Part shown: one piece after another, positions 12,633-25,853 of the stretch
Layout: the number at the start of each line of letters is the position of its first letter
Numbering within the stretch: the stretch's first letter is position 1
From: the human T2T-CHM13v2.0 reference genome, Homo sapiens
Strand: one strand, 5' to 3'
Assembly (NCBI RefSeq): GCF_009914755.1
Contig: NC_060946.1
Length of the DNA stretch: 64,000 bases
Made by a program: the position numbers and the translations under genes
Notes under the pieces: generated by a model
The model's database searches: none
What the model was told of the DNA's origin: nothing
Seen by the model: the letters and a program-made list of their open reading frames with translations, nothing else

Positions 12633-15172
12633 GTAATTGGTCAAATAAAGGGATCAAGGTGTGAGTAGAATGTTGCTCTCTTTGATTCTTTGTAGCTGTC
12701 TATTAATGAGACGATGAAGAGAAACAGTTTTGCAGCAAAATGCTTTGAAACGGTGCTAGCCTTAGCTACCTTGTCCCTGTTACCTCTTTCATCCCCTGGT
12801 GGGGAATATACTGCTGAAAGAGAAGGGGGATAGAAAATTCTTAAAGAAACATTTTGCTAAATTGTATAGGATTGCATGAGGTACTTGGGAATACTATACA
12901 AAGAAGTGGTTTCTCGCTTCTTAATGAACTTAGCATTGTCACTAGATAAAGCAAGTACAATGAATAGTATAAAATTTCAGAAGAAACATTTTTGATTCCG
13001 ACATGAGTTTGGCATAGCTCCACAACTAACTAGCTGTGTGACTTTGAGAAAGTCCCTTGGCCTCTCTGAACCCCAGGTCCTTCATTTGTAAAATGGGCCC
13101 ATTTGATTGTTGTGAGGTTGAATAAAGTTATATAAAACACTTATTGCAGTGCTAGGGAGTGTTTAATATCAGTTAATCAAATGATTAGTAAAGAAGAACT
13201 AACGAAGAATAAGAATTGCTCCAAGATCTGGCAGAAGTTCTCTTGACTTCTTTGGCTGAGACACCCTTTCCTTACTGTCCTATTATGCAAGAGAAATAGT
13301 GTCTAGGATTCTTCTCTTCTTGCCAATCAGCAGAAACCACTTTCATCGTAGGACACAGCTTGGGTCTCAGGACAGGTTTGTTTTCTGTTTCTTTATTCTG
13401 CTCCATTTCACTAAGTTTACTTTGCTTTTTGTTCAATTTTTTTTAAACTCTACATAAAAAGTATTATACCAGAAAAATGGACTCTTTCACAGTAAATTTA
13501 TTACATTATAATTTTCTATAATACTGTATTTACATTTAATATATACTCTTTAAAAACTTTTAGCTTAATTAAGAGTTCATTCCCTTCAGGGAAAACATTT
13601 TTATCTCCTCCAGCTCTGAGAATAGATATTTTTGTCTGTCATATAAAAATGTCCAGGACAAAGAAGAATGAAAGTCATCTAAAGGACCTGGAGGTTACTT
13701 AAAGTTGCTAATAAATGGAGGTTTGCTACATTGATACAGAGAAACATTTTAGAGTGCACAATTTATCAGGATAGTGGGAGAAAAGGCAGGTGTACTCTGA
13801 GGCCCAATGTCAAGGCAGTAAACTATGCTTAAAGCCTCAGAGCATTTTCAGGATAGAATTGACTGCTGTCAGTTATCCTCTTATGGTGTTGTCTCTTGGC
13901 AAATGTGATGCTTCCATATTTGATGTACCCAGGAGAGGGGCAGACCCTTTTGTTTCCAGACTGTTTCCTGGGACTGTCTCCACTGCTGATCTCTCTAACG
14001 CCTGACAGGTCGTAGTGCAATTTGAGGCAGCAAAATAGTCTGAGAGTTCATCAGAGAAAATAAGTAAGAGTTCACTCCTAATGAAGGGCTTCTCTATGTA
14101 CTCCATACCACCATCTCCAGACACTAAATACCCATGGGTTTCAAAGAAGAATAAACTCACCTCCCAGAGGAAGAGTTGATTTATCTTCAGGCATTCGGCA
14201 CTTTCCACACTCCCTCAGGTATATGTCAGCCAGACAAGGCTGGTAATTGCTACGTGATATATGAACAAACTGCAATTGACATTTTTACAAAATTTTTAAT
14301 GTTCATCTGTCATTTACTGCTCTCCAAGGATAACAATTATTTGAGCAACTAATTAGAAATAGGTATGAAATTATTTTATCTCAACAGATACATTTTGCAT
14401 GCAATTAAGGAACAAAGTTTTTTTAAAAAAAAACAGAGAAAAAGTCATACTTATGATTTGTTAATTCAAAATTAATTAGGACATCCAGGAGCACCTGTGG
14501 AGCCTCATTTCTCTCAGCCCTCCCCTTACCTTCATGCTGCAGTCACAAGGAAGTAAGGCCTCCTCTCCTCACACTCTGCCTGCCTTTGCGCTCAAAGCTC
14601 TCTGTTCCTAGAGCCTATTTCCCCTTCTGCTTCACCTGGTTAATTCTTACTCAGACATCAAGGCTCCCTGTGAAGCTCTCTGGCTTAGGCAGCCTTCCCA
14701 AGTGCCCCATAGTACCCAGCGCTCAGCTTTATTATTGCTTGTAACACAGGTCATTCTGAATGTCTGGTTGCTTATCTACATTTTCCTTTAGACAATGACC
14801 GTCTCAATGGAAGAGAATATTTCTTGCTCCTCTTTGCATCTTCAGCTAGGGACTCAATGCTTGCTTGCTGAGTGAAAAGTTTTTGGTGGAACTAGATGAT
14901 TGTTGTTCATACTGTTCTGACTGTTTTTTTTTTTTTTGCTTGTTTTGACTGAAACAAGAATAGATGACAGAATTCCACAACAAGCTAATATTTGGGGATG
15001 CAGAAGTCTTATGTACAAAATATCTATTTATATCCCCACATCTTACCCATTTCTGATTGTTCATTTTTTTCTTCTTAAAGTTTGAATGAAACCTATATGT
15101 GAAGCTTTGAATAGCACTTTACATAAAGCCCAGCAACCCCTCTCCACCTATACCATCATCTATGACTATTTC

Positions 15173-18100
15173 TTTTTTTTTAAACCAACTTTGTGATTTT
15201 TATCGATGGGTGACAACTTTATACTCCTAGATATCACTAAACTGTGTACAATTAGGGATGCAGCATTAGAGAAGAGCAGACAGCAGAATTAAACAGAGCA
15301 GACTGAAGGAGAGATCTTCATTATTTGTCCATTTTTCATTATGTGTACACAGAAGCATGAATGCAATCTGAAATCTTTTTAATGGCAGTAAAGTTACAAT
15401 CATCCATCTATGTAGACTAACATTTTAACTCCAAATATTTGATCTGCAATGTCTATGTAAGCAGTTTCCCTCAGCACAATTACTAATTTTTTTCCTGTTA
15501 GGAACCAGCAACTTATTTTTTATGTTTATTTTTCTTTTGAAGTAAGAACTAGTTCTTCTTTGATAACTGGCTCATTTTTATCATTTATCAAAAACTAAAG
15601 GGTAGGGAAGAAAAATGTGATGGATTAAAACATTTCTTTTTTAAGGAAGATAAAATTCATTTTCACAAATTTACAAGTGTTGCTGGTGCAGGATTTATTC
15701 TACTAAGCAATGAGACTGGGGATCAAATCCACTTTCTTATCTCAGGAATCAGCATTATTTCAGAAATATGGGTTTTTGTGTGTTTTTTAAAATCAAGCGA
15801 CAGTCTGTTTCAACCAAATGATTTTGATTTCAAAGTTAGAGTCAACAGAAGCTATGTTGTGCACGAACCCCAAGGCATCTCCTTTTCATTCTAGCCCATT
15901 TTTGCAAAGGGAGAAAGAGTTTCTCTCTAAAGAGCCAATAAAGAGAGGCGGAAAGTGAGTGTGAGGTGGTGTCCTACAAAGCGGACACTGGGCTCACACA
16001 CAGCGCACACAGGGTTTACAGCAGGTCCACTCGGCAGTAATACAGGAGATGGGCTGTGCGTTCAGCAGTTGGTTTCACCACCTGGTACTGGTTGATCACC
16101 TTGACTGTCTGGTCATCGATGCGCAGCCAGCCATTCAGACCGATCTGGAAGGCGTCTCTAGTGTAATGGCCACCCGTCGCACTGTTGCCGTGATGGTAGA
16201 CCACTGCAAAGAGCCGATAGGTTCTGTGGCATTTAAAATTCTTATTTTTAACCCCTGGAGAAAGCAGTTCTTTACTAATTTCCAAGTCCACAGGATATTC
16301 AATATTTTTGATAAGCTTCTGGCACCACCAGTTTTCTCATAAACGAATCGTTTCAGGTGCAGCACGAGGACAGGAGGGAGTTTTTCCAGAGTCACTCTTC
16401 GACTTTTCTCAACTTCTTGTTCGGTTTTTGTGGTATAACCTTGGACAGATTCTCTTGCCACCAAGCTCTCCAGTGCATCCTGGACTGTGCGTATTTTGTC
16501 AGACTGGATATCCAACTGCAACGTGAAAAATGGCTGCAAAGTGGCAGATTCTTTTGCACTCTGCTGGTAAACCACAGACCTGATGTGGCCACCAAAAATG
16601 TGGTGATTGGAGTCTGAACAAAATCCGCCTGGCGGGTGATGGAAGTCTTGTTCCGGGGGCCCACTTGTTCCCATTCATCCTCGCTTCCTTCACCTTGTTT
16701 TTCTTGCTCTTCTTCATTGACTGGTTTTTGGGGCCATTGGAAATCGCACGTTTTTCATTATTTGGTGAGAGAAGCTTCTTTAGGTTCAACATTTCCTCAT
16801 GAAGTCCATTTAGAATGAAGCCTAAGTATTCCTCAGCATCTTCTTGTCGATCCTTTTCAGACAGGCTTGACTTGTTAACTGTCAGGAGTCTAAATATACG
16901 TGGGCTCAAAGGCAGCTCCAGGGCGAATATCCCTCACGATTTTATCTCCAAGAGCTTGTCCGGGTTTTGGAGGTACTGGCATATTAGTAAATTCATTCAT
17001 TAGCCAAACAAAGCTGTCTACCTTGGGTGTTGACGTACAGGGCCTTTGCACTTTGGAATACAGAGGAATGAACTTCATCAGGTGGTACATTGTCGGGAAA
17101 GCAACCAATGCCTGGCTACAGGATCCCCTGAAACTGGAACAAGCCCTTCTTTGACTTCAACCTGCTTTTCAGAAACCAGGGGAGATATGGCGGGAGGGGA
17201 ATACTTAGCTTCCACATAGGCCACCGGCCAGGAGGAAGAGGGCTTAGAATCGTGAAAGAGACTGGTCCAGGACCTGGGCTGGCTGACAGGAAGGGTGTCT
17301 GATGCAGAGCCCGTGCCGTCAGCAGGAGGTGATGGACTCTCGGGTTTGGCTGGGTCCAAGTCTATGCTTTCCATGGTGTGCAACTCCACCCCGTTGGTAG
17401 CTGTGCCCTCACCCGAGGATTCGAGTATTTGTCCATTAGCAACTCCAAGGTTTTCAGTAGTATCGGTACCAACGCAGGGCTGAGCCCCAGCTGTCCTTGA
17501 CAGGGTGTCTCTGCCAGCCCCTGCAGGGAAGCAGGACTGACCAAAATCAACCCCGGGACCCCCCTCCTGCTGCCCTGCAGTCCCGGTGTCACTGCCGAGT
17601 GCTCCGGGGAAAGGACTGTCAGGCACAATGTCACTGACAGAGTCCGTGGAGTTCTGGGGGCTGTCAAAAGTCCTGGGCGTAACTGACGGGGGCATGTCAC
17701 CCATAAATTCTGCATCCTCTGCACTGACACTGTTCGGGACTGCTGAGTTGGCATGGCCATTGACCAGGGCTTCTGTGGAAATACTATCATCGCCACCATC
17801 TTTCAAACAGCTGTAATATCCAGGTGGCTGCTTTTTCTTCTTTTTACGCTCCCTTTGTCCAAGACCACCTGAGACACCATCATTTTCCAAAACTTCCGCC
17901 TCCACACTAGAACTTCCATCCAAAGCGAGGGCACAGCCTGGGTACTGGTCGATGGAGCCATAGCTTGCTTCTTTAGTGATACCATCAGGGGTTGTTTTGG
18001 AAGCTGTACAACCGAGAATAAATTCGGGGGCCTGAGGGTTCAGTGTGCTTGAAATACTGTAGCTGGGGGTTCTCAGCAAAGTGTCACTGGGTTCAATGAC

Positions 18101-18377
18101 TTCATTGACACCAAACTCAATTCTCCGATATTCTTGTCCATCAGGTAGTTTATCCCCAGCTTGTGTGCCACACAGAACTGTTCCACTGCATGGAGGAAGC
18201 TCAACTGAAGATCGAGGAGTCACAAAGAACTGATTGAATTCATCAGGGCTAAAATCTCCAAAAATATACTGCGGGCTGTGGAGGGCCATGGCTGCCGGTT
18301 TCAATGGGACTCGGCGCTCCTCCGGCTGCTCACGCTGCCTCCCCCGCCGCCGCCATCTTCTCCCCCGCACATACACC
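15173..18377 (-). pseudogene. USP10P: Processed pseudogene (retrocopy) of USP10
   Basis: Intronless full-length mRNA copy with 5' UTR, ATG at 18289, C-terminus ..YYCRVDLL stop at about 16016, 3' UTR and poly(A) remnant T9 (15173-15181). Perfect 16-bp TSD catctatgactatttc at 15157-15172 and 18378-18393, with a TT/GAAA endonuclease-type site. Confidence 0.97.
17078..18289 (-). CDS. Uninterrupted 403-aa ORF: USP10 N-terminal region plus 11 out-of-frame residues (translation unproven)
   Basis: GCAGCCATGG Kozak context. [43 protein letters not shown] is followed by [11 protein letters not shown] stop. Confidence 0.35.
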   Translation of the reverse strand: MALHSPQYIFGDFSPDEFNQFFVTPRSSVELPPCSGTVLCGTQAGDKLPDGQEYRRIEFGVNEVIEPSDTLLRTPSYSISSTLNPQAPEFILGCTASKTTPDGITKEASYGSIDQYPGCALALDGSSSVEAEVLENDGVSGGLGQRERKKKKKQPPGYYSCLKDGGDDSISTEALVNGHANSAVPNSVSAEDAEFMGDMPPSVTPRTFDSPQNSTDSVSDIVPDSPFPGALGSDTGTAGQQEGGPGVDFGQSCFPAGAGRDTLSRTAGAQPCVGTDTTENLGVANGQILESSGEGTATNGVELHTMESIDLDPAKPESPSPPADGTGSASDTLPVSQPRSWTSLFHDSKPSSSWPVAYVEAKYSPPAISPLVSEKQVEVKEGLVPVSGDPVARHWLLSRQCTT

Positions 18378-21044
18378 CATCTATGACTATTTCAATAACT
18401 CCTATAACAGATGGAATTTTTGCAAGTTTTAGAATAACAAATAACATTAAAAATCCTTATGAATAAACATTAATTTACCTAAATGCAGGTTTAGTTTTTT
18501 GCTTTAAGAAAATACTTTTGATGAGTTCTCTATTTAGTAATTGGCCTGTGTTATAAAAGAATTATTTTCAAAGGTTTTTAGGTTTCTGTTTCCCCTGGGA
18601 GTTTGTTTTTCTTTCAGTGAAACAGAGAAATAGCTAGGGAACAGTTTTTTTTTTTAAACAGTAACTTCAAGGGGTCTAGCAGCTGTCATTTGCTCTTAGT
18701 ATTTCAGCTGTTCTTAAGGAATCAGGAGTTAGACTTCAAGATAATCTAGAAGCTGTACTCTGGGCATTGTGATCTCAAAAAAATAGCCATGACACTGTAA
18801 AAGGAAACTTTATTTTTCCAGAAAATCTGTTGAATGGGAATTCCAGTTCTGGAAGATAAAGAAGGATTTGCATTTTTGGCCAGGACCTTTCTGATGGCTT
18901 GGGCAGCAGTGATACTGCTCAGTGCTGTTAATAAAGTGAATGGGACTGTGAACGTGAACCTCATGCTTACATCCTGGTCCCTACCTTTGCAAGCCTAACG
19001 TCTCTCTTCGTTCAGCTCCCCCCATTTTCTATTCGGCCTATATCCTGAGACTGTCGGGCCTGAGCTCCCTTTCTTTAGCCCCTATCTAAAAATTTTAGAT
19101 TACCTTGGCTCTGAAATATTCCAGAAAGATGAAATTTGATTTTGTTAGCACAAAAACTTTAGCATGTCAGCATAAAAATATTTTAAAATAACTTAAATGA
19201 GAAGTTAATGTTTGTAATGAGTAGGACAAGCATGGCCATTAATCAGTGTTAAGCAACTAATTTTCCTGGCTCTTATACCTGTAGTTTTCTTCTGGCCCTC
19301 ATCCCAGCCACCAGTTCCCATCCTGACTCATCTCTATCTTCATATTACCACCTTCTGCCTATTTGCTGTATTTACCTTGGAAATTTAGTGGCATAAATGG
19401 ATCAGGGATTGCCAGTGAAATTCTGGTTTTCCAGAATAACAGCTTAAGTAGAAAGTTTATTTTTTAAAATGCACATAACTGACTAAGAAAGGCAGAGTTT
19501 TATGGTTGGTGCTTTTCTTATGTTTTAGGTCAAGGTAACTCCTCTTAGGGGAACCAGTGTAGAAGAAAAGGGCTTCTGCACCTGTATAAAAACCTGAAAT
19601 AACTAGAATTAGGAACTAGAAAAATGGAATCACAAATACCTATTGCTTTATTGAACATATGTTAATAAATCTGAATTAAGAAGGGAAGGGAGGAGATGAG
19701 TCATTATTGAGCAATCACTGTGAGCGAGATGCTTTCACAGACATTTATTTCCATAACTTAATATTGTAGGGTTGATTTATTATCACTGCTATACTAATTA
19801 AGGAGCAAAAAGCTCAGGAAGGCTAAGTAACTCCTTGAAAGTCTCTCAAGACTTTCTTTACCTTTCAAGAAAGGTATCCATGGCCACTTGATTCTGAAGC
19901 TCATGGTCTTTCCAGTCTACTCACATACTCGGCAGTGTTAGAGATTAAAAGGTGCTTTCTTAAGATATAGACTGTTCCCAAGGAGCTCACGTCCCAGACA
20001 AATAGAACAGGGAAGAATTATACACGTGGGGTGGTGGGGAAACAGTACATATTAAGTCTGGTGGAGTGGAGAGAGGCATATGAGGTGACTTGGAAGAGTG
20101 GGAGGAGTGTGGATAGGTGAGATGTGCACAGACACCAGGCAGGGCAACTGGAGCTGGGAAACCCAGGCGTGTTTGGGACACAGCCAGAAGTCCCTCTTGG
20201 CAGCACATGTGTTATGTGTAGGGAAGCAGTTAGAGATCAAGCTGGAGAGGCAGGTTGGGCCATACTGTGGAGATTTTGCATACCATGCAGAGGAATTGGA
20301 TTTAATTCTCTAGGCAGTGGAGATCCATTGAAGGAGGGCCATGTGTGTGCATGTGGTTTTGTGTAGTTTTTGGTTGCTTGCTCATTTGTTTTCATCGTGG
20401 AAAGACACTGATGAAAGTGGGCTTCAGTAATATTAATATGGCCAGGGGCTGGGGGAGGCAGTAGATTAGCATGTGTATTGGGAAAGAAAAAAAAACAATA
20501 GGACATGGCTACTGCTTTGCTTATGGGATTACACATACCAAATTAACTCCAGATTAGAACATGCATACTTGCCATGTTTTACATTTCTAGTGCCAGGGAT
20601 TTAATTTTTTTTAATAAATGAGAAAGTAAAGTTTATTGTGTTTAAGTATTTTTAATGAGATCATGTTTTTAGTGAGAACTGGGACCAAACAGATTTTCTG
20701 ACTCCAAATAGATATTTCCATTGGAACAGATCTATAAGTATACAGACATGCAAACACATATTTCTTTACTGCTCATAATCAAGTGTCAATTAGTCCTTAT
20801 TAGAATGTGGGATGTATAAATGTAAGAGAATTTTCAGTTAAAATTGACAGATACATTTTTTAATTGTCCTAAAATGGATTTAATTATTTTTCTTTAATGT
20901 TATTTTTATGAGAAGTGATATAACTTTATTGATAATGCATACAATAACTCTTTGTTTTGCACATTGTTTGGAAATACAATGTATTTTGCAAGTAACTAAA
21001 GCCCAATTTAAATTAAAATTTTAAATTTTCAATCTTTTTAATTG

Positions 21045-21680
21045 TGATTATTATTATACTTTAAGTTCTGGGATACATGTGGAGAACGTGCAGGTTTGTT
21101 ACATAGGTATACACATGACATGGTAGTTTGCTGCACCCATCAACCTCTCATCTACATTAGGTGCTGGAGATGATGTGGAAAAAGAGGAACGCTTTTACAC
21201 TGTTGGTGGGAGTGTAAATTAGTACAACCATTGGGGAAGACAGTGTGGCTATTCCTCCAGGATCTAGAACCAGAAATACCAATTGACCTCACAATCCCAT
21301 TTCTGGGTATATGCCCAAAGATTATAAATCACTGTACTATAAAGACATGCACACACATGTTTATTGCAGCACCGTTCCCAATACCAAAGACTTGGAACCA
21401 ACCCAAATGCCCGTCACTGATAGACTGGATAAAAAAAGTGGCACATATACTCCATGGAATACTCTCAGCCATAAAAAAGGATGAGTTCATGTCCTTTGCA
21501 GGGACACGGATGAAGCTGGAAGCCATCATCCTCAGCAAACTAACACAGGAACAGAAAACCAAACACCACATGTTCTCACTCATAAGTGGGAGTTGAACAA
21601 TGAAAACACATGGACACATGGAGGGGAACATCACACATTGGGGCCTGTGGGGAGCTAGGGAAGGGATAGCATTAGGGGAT
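21045..21680 (-). mobile_element. Truncated L1PA with 5' inversion
   Basis: L1 3' end on - strand (21045-~21162) abuts L1 sequence on + strand (~21163-21680) that is adjacent to it in the consensus. Confidence 0.85.
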
Positions 21681-23794
21681 TTAATTCTTTCAAAATTTAA
21701 TTCTGTTGAAATGTTTACTTCAAGAAGCAATGCATTTTTGAGAGCTAATCCTGATCTATTCAAATCTTAACAACTTAAGTTGATGGAGTGGACTTCTTCT
21801 AAATTAGTGATTCCCTAATTTGCCTGACTGTTGGAATTTCCAGGGCATGTTGAAAATACACATTATCCAGACTCTTACCTCTGCAGATCTATTTAGTGGT
21901 TCTAAAATGGCAGCCAGGAGTCTGGATTTTTCCCAGGGGTCCTGTGTAATTCACACTGATGAACAGGCAAGTTTGGGAAATAGTGCCTTAAGGAGATTTT
22001 TCATTAAGCAGTCTTCATTTGAAATGAGGATCGTTTATCTTCTAATACTCCATGCTTCCTCTTTCTCCTGCTCTCCTCGCCTCCTGTTGTCTTTCAGTTC
22101 CTAGAAGCTTTAACTGAATGAAAGGTCCTAGTAGATCTGTACCTACTAAAAACCACACTTCTGAAGCTATGTGGCCACCAGAAGACACAGCTAGTCTGCA
22201 ATGTAAAAAAGGAAAGGTGGTGTGTGCACTGAGGGTACAGGGTTGAGGGGCAGGGAAATGGAGACCCTCACAGCCAGCAGCAGTGGCCCTCATCACAGCC
22301 CTCCAGGAGATAGGAAAGGAGGTCAGATCTTGGACAGTAGTCTTGCCTTCCTGCTATAGAACACATTGTTAACACCAAAAAAGCTGATCTCTTCTAGGGG
22401 AATGGTGAAAGCTGACTCTAGCACTTGTGCTTTTAATTTCAGGGTGGCACAGCTTCTAAATGGCATCTAAGTTGCTGATACAAAAATGAAAATTCTGTGT
22501 ACTTTGATATTAGCAGGCTTTAAATACAAACCAGAATAAGATTAAATTGTTTCTTAATCAAATCGAATAATTTTCACATTGGCAGTCCATTCGGCATCTG
22601 GCTCATGTTTGGGCTAGGCTGAGTAGTCCGTGAAAGTCTGGAGGGAAATACAGAGGCCAATTCTCCATAAGCATTAGGTTGAGAAATACCCTGCTTCCCC
22701 ATGAAAAGTTTAAATTGATGTGACGCCACCTTCACCAAATCGAGGTTGGTCAACACTTTTCACCACTGCCACTGGACACTTTGACTTCCAATTTTGCTTC
22801 CTGCTCTATGAAGATATCCCCTTCTTTCCTTTCCCACATTCTCCCTATAACCTCATCTTCCTTTCGTCTACTCTCTCTTATCATTGTCCATCTCTGCTTC
22901 CCAAAACCTTATATAGTACAGAAATTGACCAATCAAGATTACCATGTGGAAGAGCATCCATTTACTGAATAAGGTAGCTGGCTCCTGGGGGCAGAAAAGT
23001 GATTAGATACAGAGATAAAAATCATAATCCCTGCTCTCCTGGACTCATTGTCCAATGGGGAGACAGACACGTGAACAAATACAACTTCGTAACTACAACA
23101 ATCAAGTGAACTATATAATTTAGACTGGAGAAAGAAAGAGCAAATGTTATCATAAGACAGTGTGTCCACTACTTACTCTCTAACAGATTTCCTCATAAAC
23201 CACTAGGCTTGCCAACTTGTTGCATAAGAAAATTGGAAGGTGAGGGAGGGAAAATACATATGCCTCTTGGCATTTCATTCTGTAAATACATAAATAATGT
23301 AACTATTAATGATATCATCATGTTGATTCAATAAGTTTGAAACCAAAATTGATAGTAATCTTTAGAAGAAATTATGTATGTGTCTATGCATGTACACACA
23401 TAGACATACACATATTGCTTTCTGAAATTTTTAATGACTTTATGCTTCTTCTGAAGCAATTCGAGTTTAGTATTTGAGACCCATGGGTCAAAGCATCTTC
23501 TTGAGTATACTGAAGAACATTTAGATTAATTTCAGACATGTATTTTGGTTAATATAGTGGTTTTTATCCATGCTAACTTATTTACTGTTTAAAAACATAT
23601 TGAGAACAAACAACAGCAGCAACCCTGAATTGAGTGAAAGTCCTGAGAAGGGCTTTGCCCAATCAGTGCATATGCATGTTTACACTAATCTCCTGTCTGA
23701 TCCTAGGAAGTGGCCGAATGAGCTAGCAGATGGTCTCTTTGGCTGTATTATAAACGATAATTTATTTTTATTTGTTTTATTCATTCATTCCTTC

Positions 23795-24074
<280 letters not shown>

Positions 24075-24379
24075 GAAACGACATTTTAAAACCAACTATT
24101 ACCTACACAGATGTATGATGCTCCCTTGTTTTCTTTAAAAATAGGAATGCCTTAGATTTTTGGCTCATTTTGTTTTATCAAAGATCTTAAATGCAGTTGT
24201 GAAAATTTTTGTTTACCCTCATAATAGCCTGAGAATTTAGAATGAATATAATTATTGCTATTTTCACAAGTAAAATTGGAATGAGAAGATTAAACAGTGG
24301 AATACAGGTGTAAATAACAACAGCAGAGGCAAGCCATCTATAGAATATTAAAATTTCTTGCATGTGTGTTACCAACATT

Positions 24380-24722
24380 TTCTCATGCCTGAAATCCCAG
24401 CACTTTGGGAGGCCGAGGCAGGTGGATCACCTGCGGTCAGTAGTTCGAGACTAGCCTGGCCAACATGGTGAAACCCCGTGTCTACTAAAAGTTCAAAAAT
24501 TAGCCAGGCGTGGTGGCAGGCACCTATAATCCCAGCTACTCAGAAGGCTGAGGCAGAAGAATTGCTTGAACCTGGGAGGCAGAAATTGCAGTGAGCCCAG
24601 ACTGCACCATTGCCCTCCAGCCTGGGGGGGACAAGAGCAAGACTCCATCTCCAAAAAAAAAAAAAAAAAAAACAAACAAATAAACCAAACCAAACCAAAA
24701 CAACAACAACCAAAAACAACAT
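24380..24722 (+). mobile_element. AluS with A/(AAAC)n tail
   Basis: Alu consensus and long tail. Confidence 0.9.
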
Positions 24723-25853
24723 TTTCCAAGACAAGCAAAGCTACTAAACTTTATAAGGCCCCATCCCCCCAAGTATTATGCTTTCCATGTACTCCAACAT
24801 TAACGACAGCAACTGGTACTAGCCATGTGACATACAATCCCAGCACATTGTTCGGCTCTGATGTTTTCTAGGAATTTTTTCTTTACAGCCTTATTGATAT
24901 TAAGCTCTATTTTCTCAAGACCTGGTTTTCATAAACTGTATATTTTTGCGGTTGAGGGAAAATGATCTCAGGTCAGTCAATCCACTGTTGACCCACAAAT
25001 GAAATAAGGTAGGCTTATTGTTAAGATGGAGAGGTGTCTGCATCATCCTACACTTTTTCCCAGCCTCCAGGTGACCATATAATTAAAATATCCTTGATAT
25101 TTCTATGTAGTTTAAGTTGTTTTTAATTCTAGAACCCCTCAATCTTTCTCCATTCAATTTAAATGAAAAGTCATTTGAGTATCCAGAACACACTCAGCAC
25201 TCATAGAAGCAAAGCAAGAAAAATGGAAACATTATAGTCAATGCCCATGTTCTACCCCAGGATGAAATGAGGCATTAATACTGAGAGTTGTGATTCTGAA
25301 TAAGTCTTAACCTTCTGCACATCTTAGTTGTTCAAAAATGTGTCATGTCAGCAAGGTGATAACAGTGAAGATTTTCTACAATCAAAGTAGTATTGTTATG
25401 TTCTGTTGTATAAAATAGAAATAAATGTACCACATTGATCAGAAAAATCACACTAGCATATTCTGGCAGCTTAAATTTTTTATTATTGTACTTTAAGTTC
25501 TAGGGCACATGTGCACAACGTGCAGGTTTGTTACATAGGTATACATGTGCCATGTTGGTTTGCTGCACCCATTAACTCGTCATTTACATTAGGTACTTCT
25601 CCTAATGCTATCCCTCCCCTAGCCTCCACGCTAAGACAGGCCCCTGTGTGTGATGTTCCCCGCCCTGTCCAAGTGTTTTCATTGTTCAATTCCCACCTAT
25701 GAGTGAGAACATGCGGTGTTTGGTTTTCTGTCCTTATGATAGCTTGCTCAGAATGATGGTTTCCAGCTTCATCCATGTTCCCGCAAAGGACATGAACTCA
25801 TCCCTTTTTGTGGCTGCATAGTATTCCATGGTGTACATGTGCCACATTTTCTT

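Noticed and set aside
18290-18376. 29-aa N-terminal extension of the USP10P ORF in the ORF track
   Set aside because: Starts at a non-ATG codon in the 5' UTR at the insertion edge; the native ATG at 18289 has the strong Kozak context.
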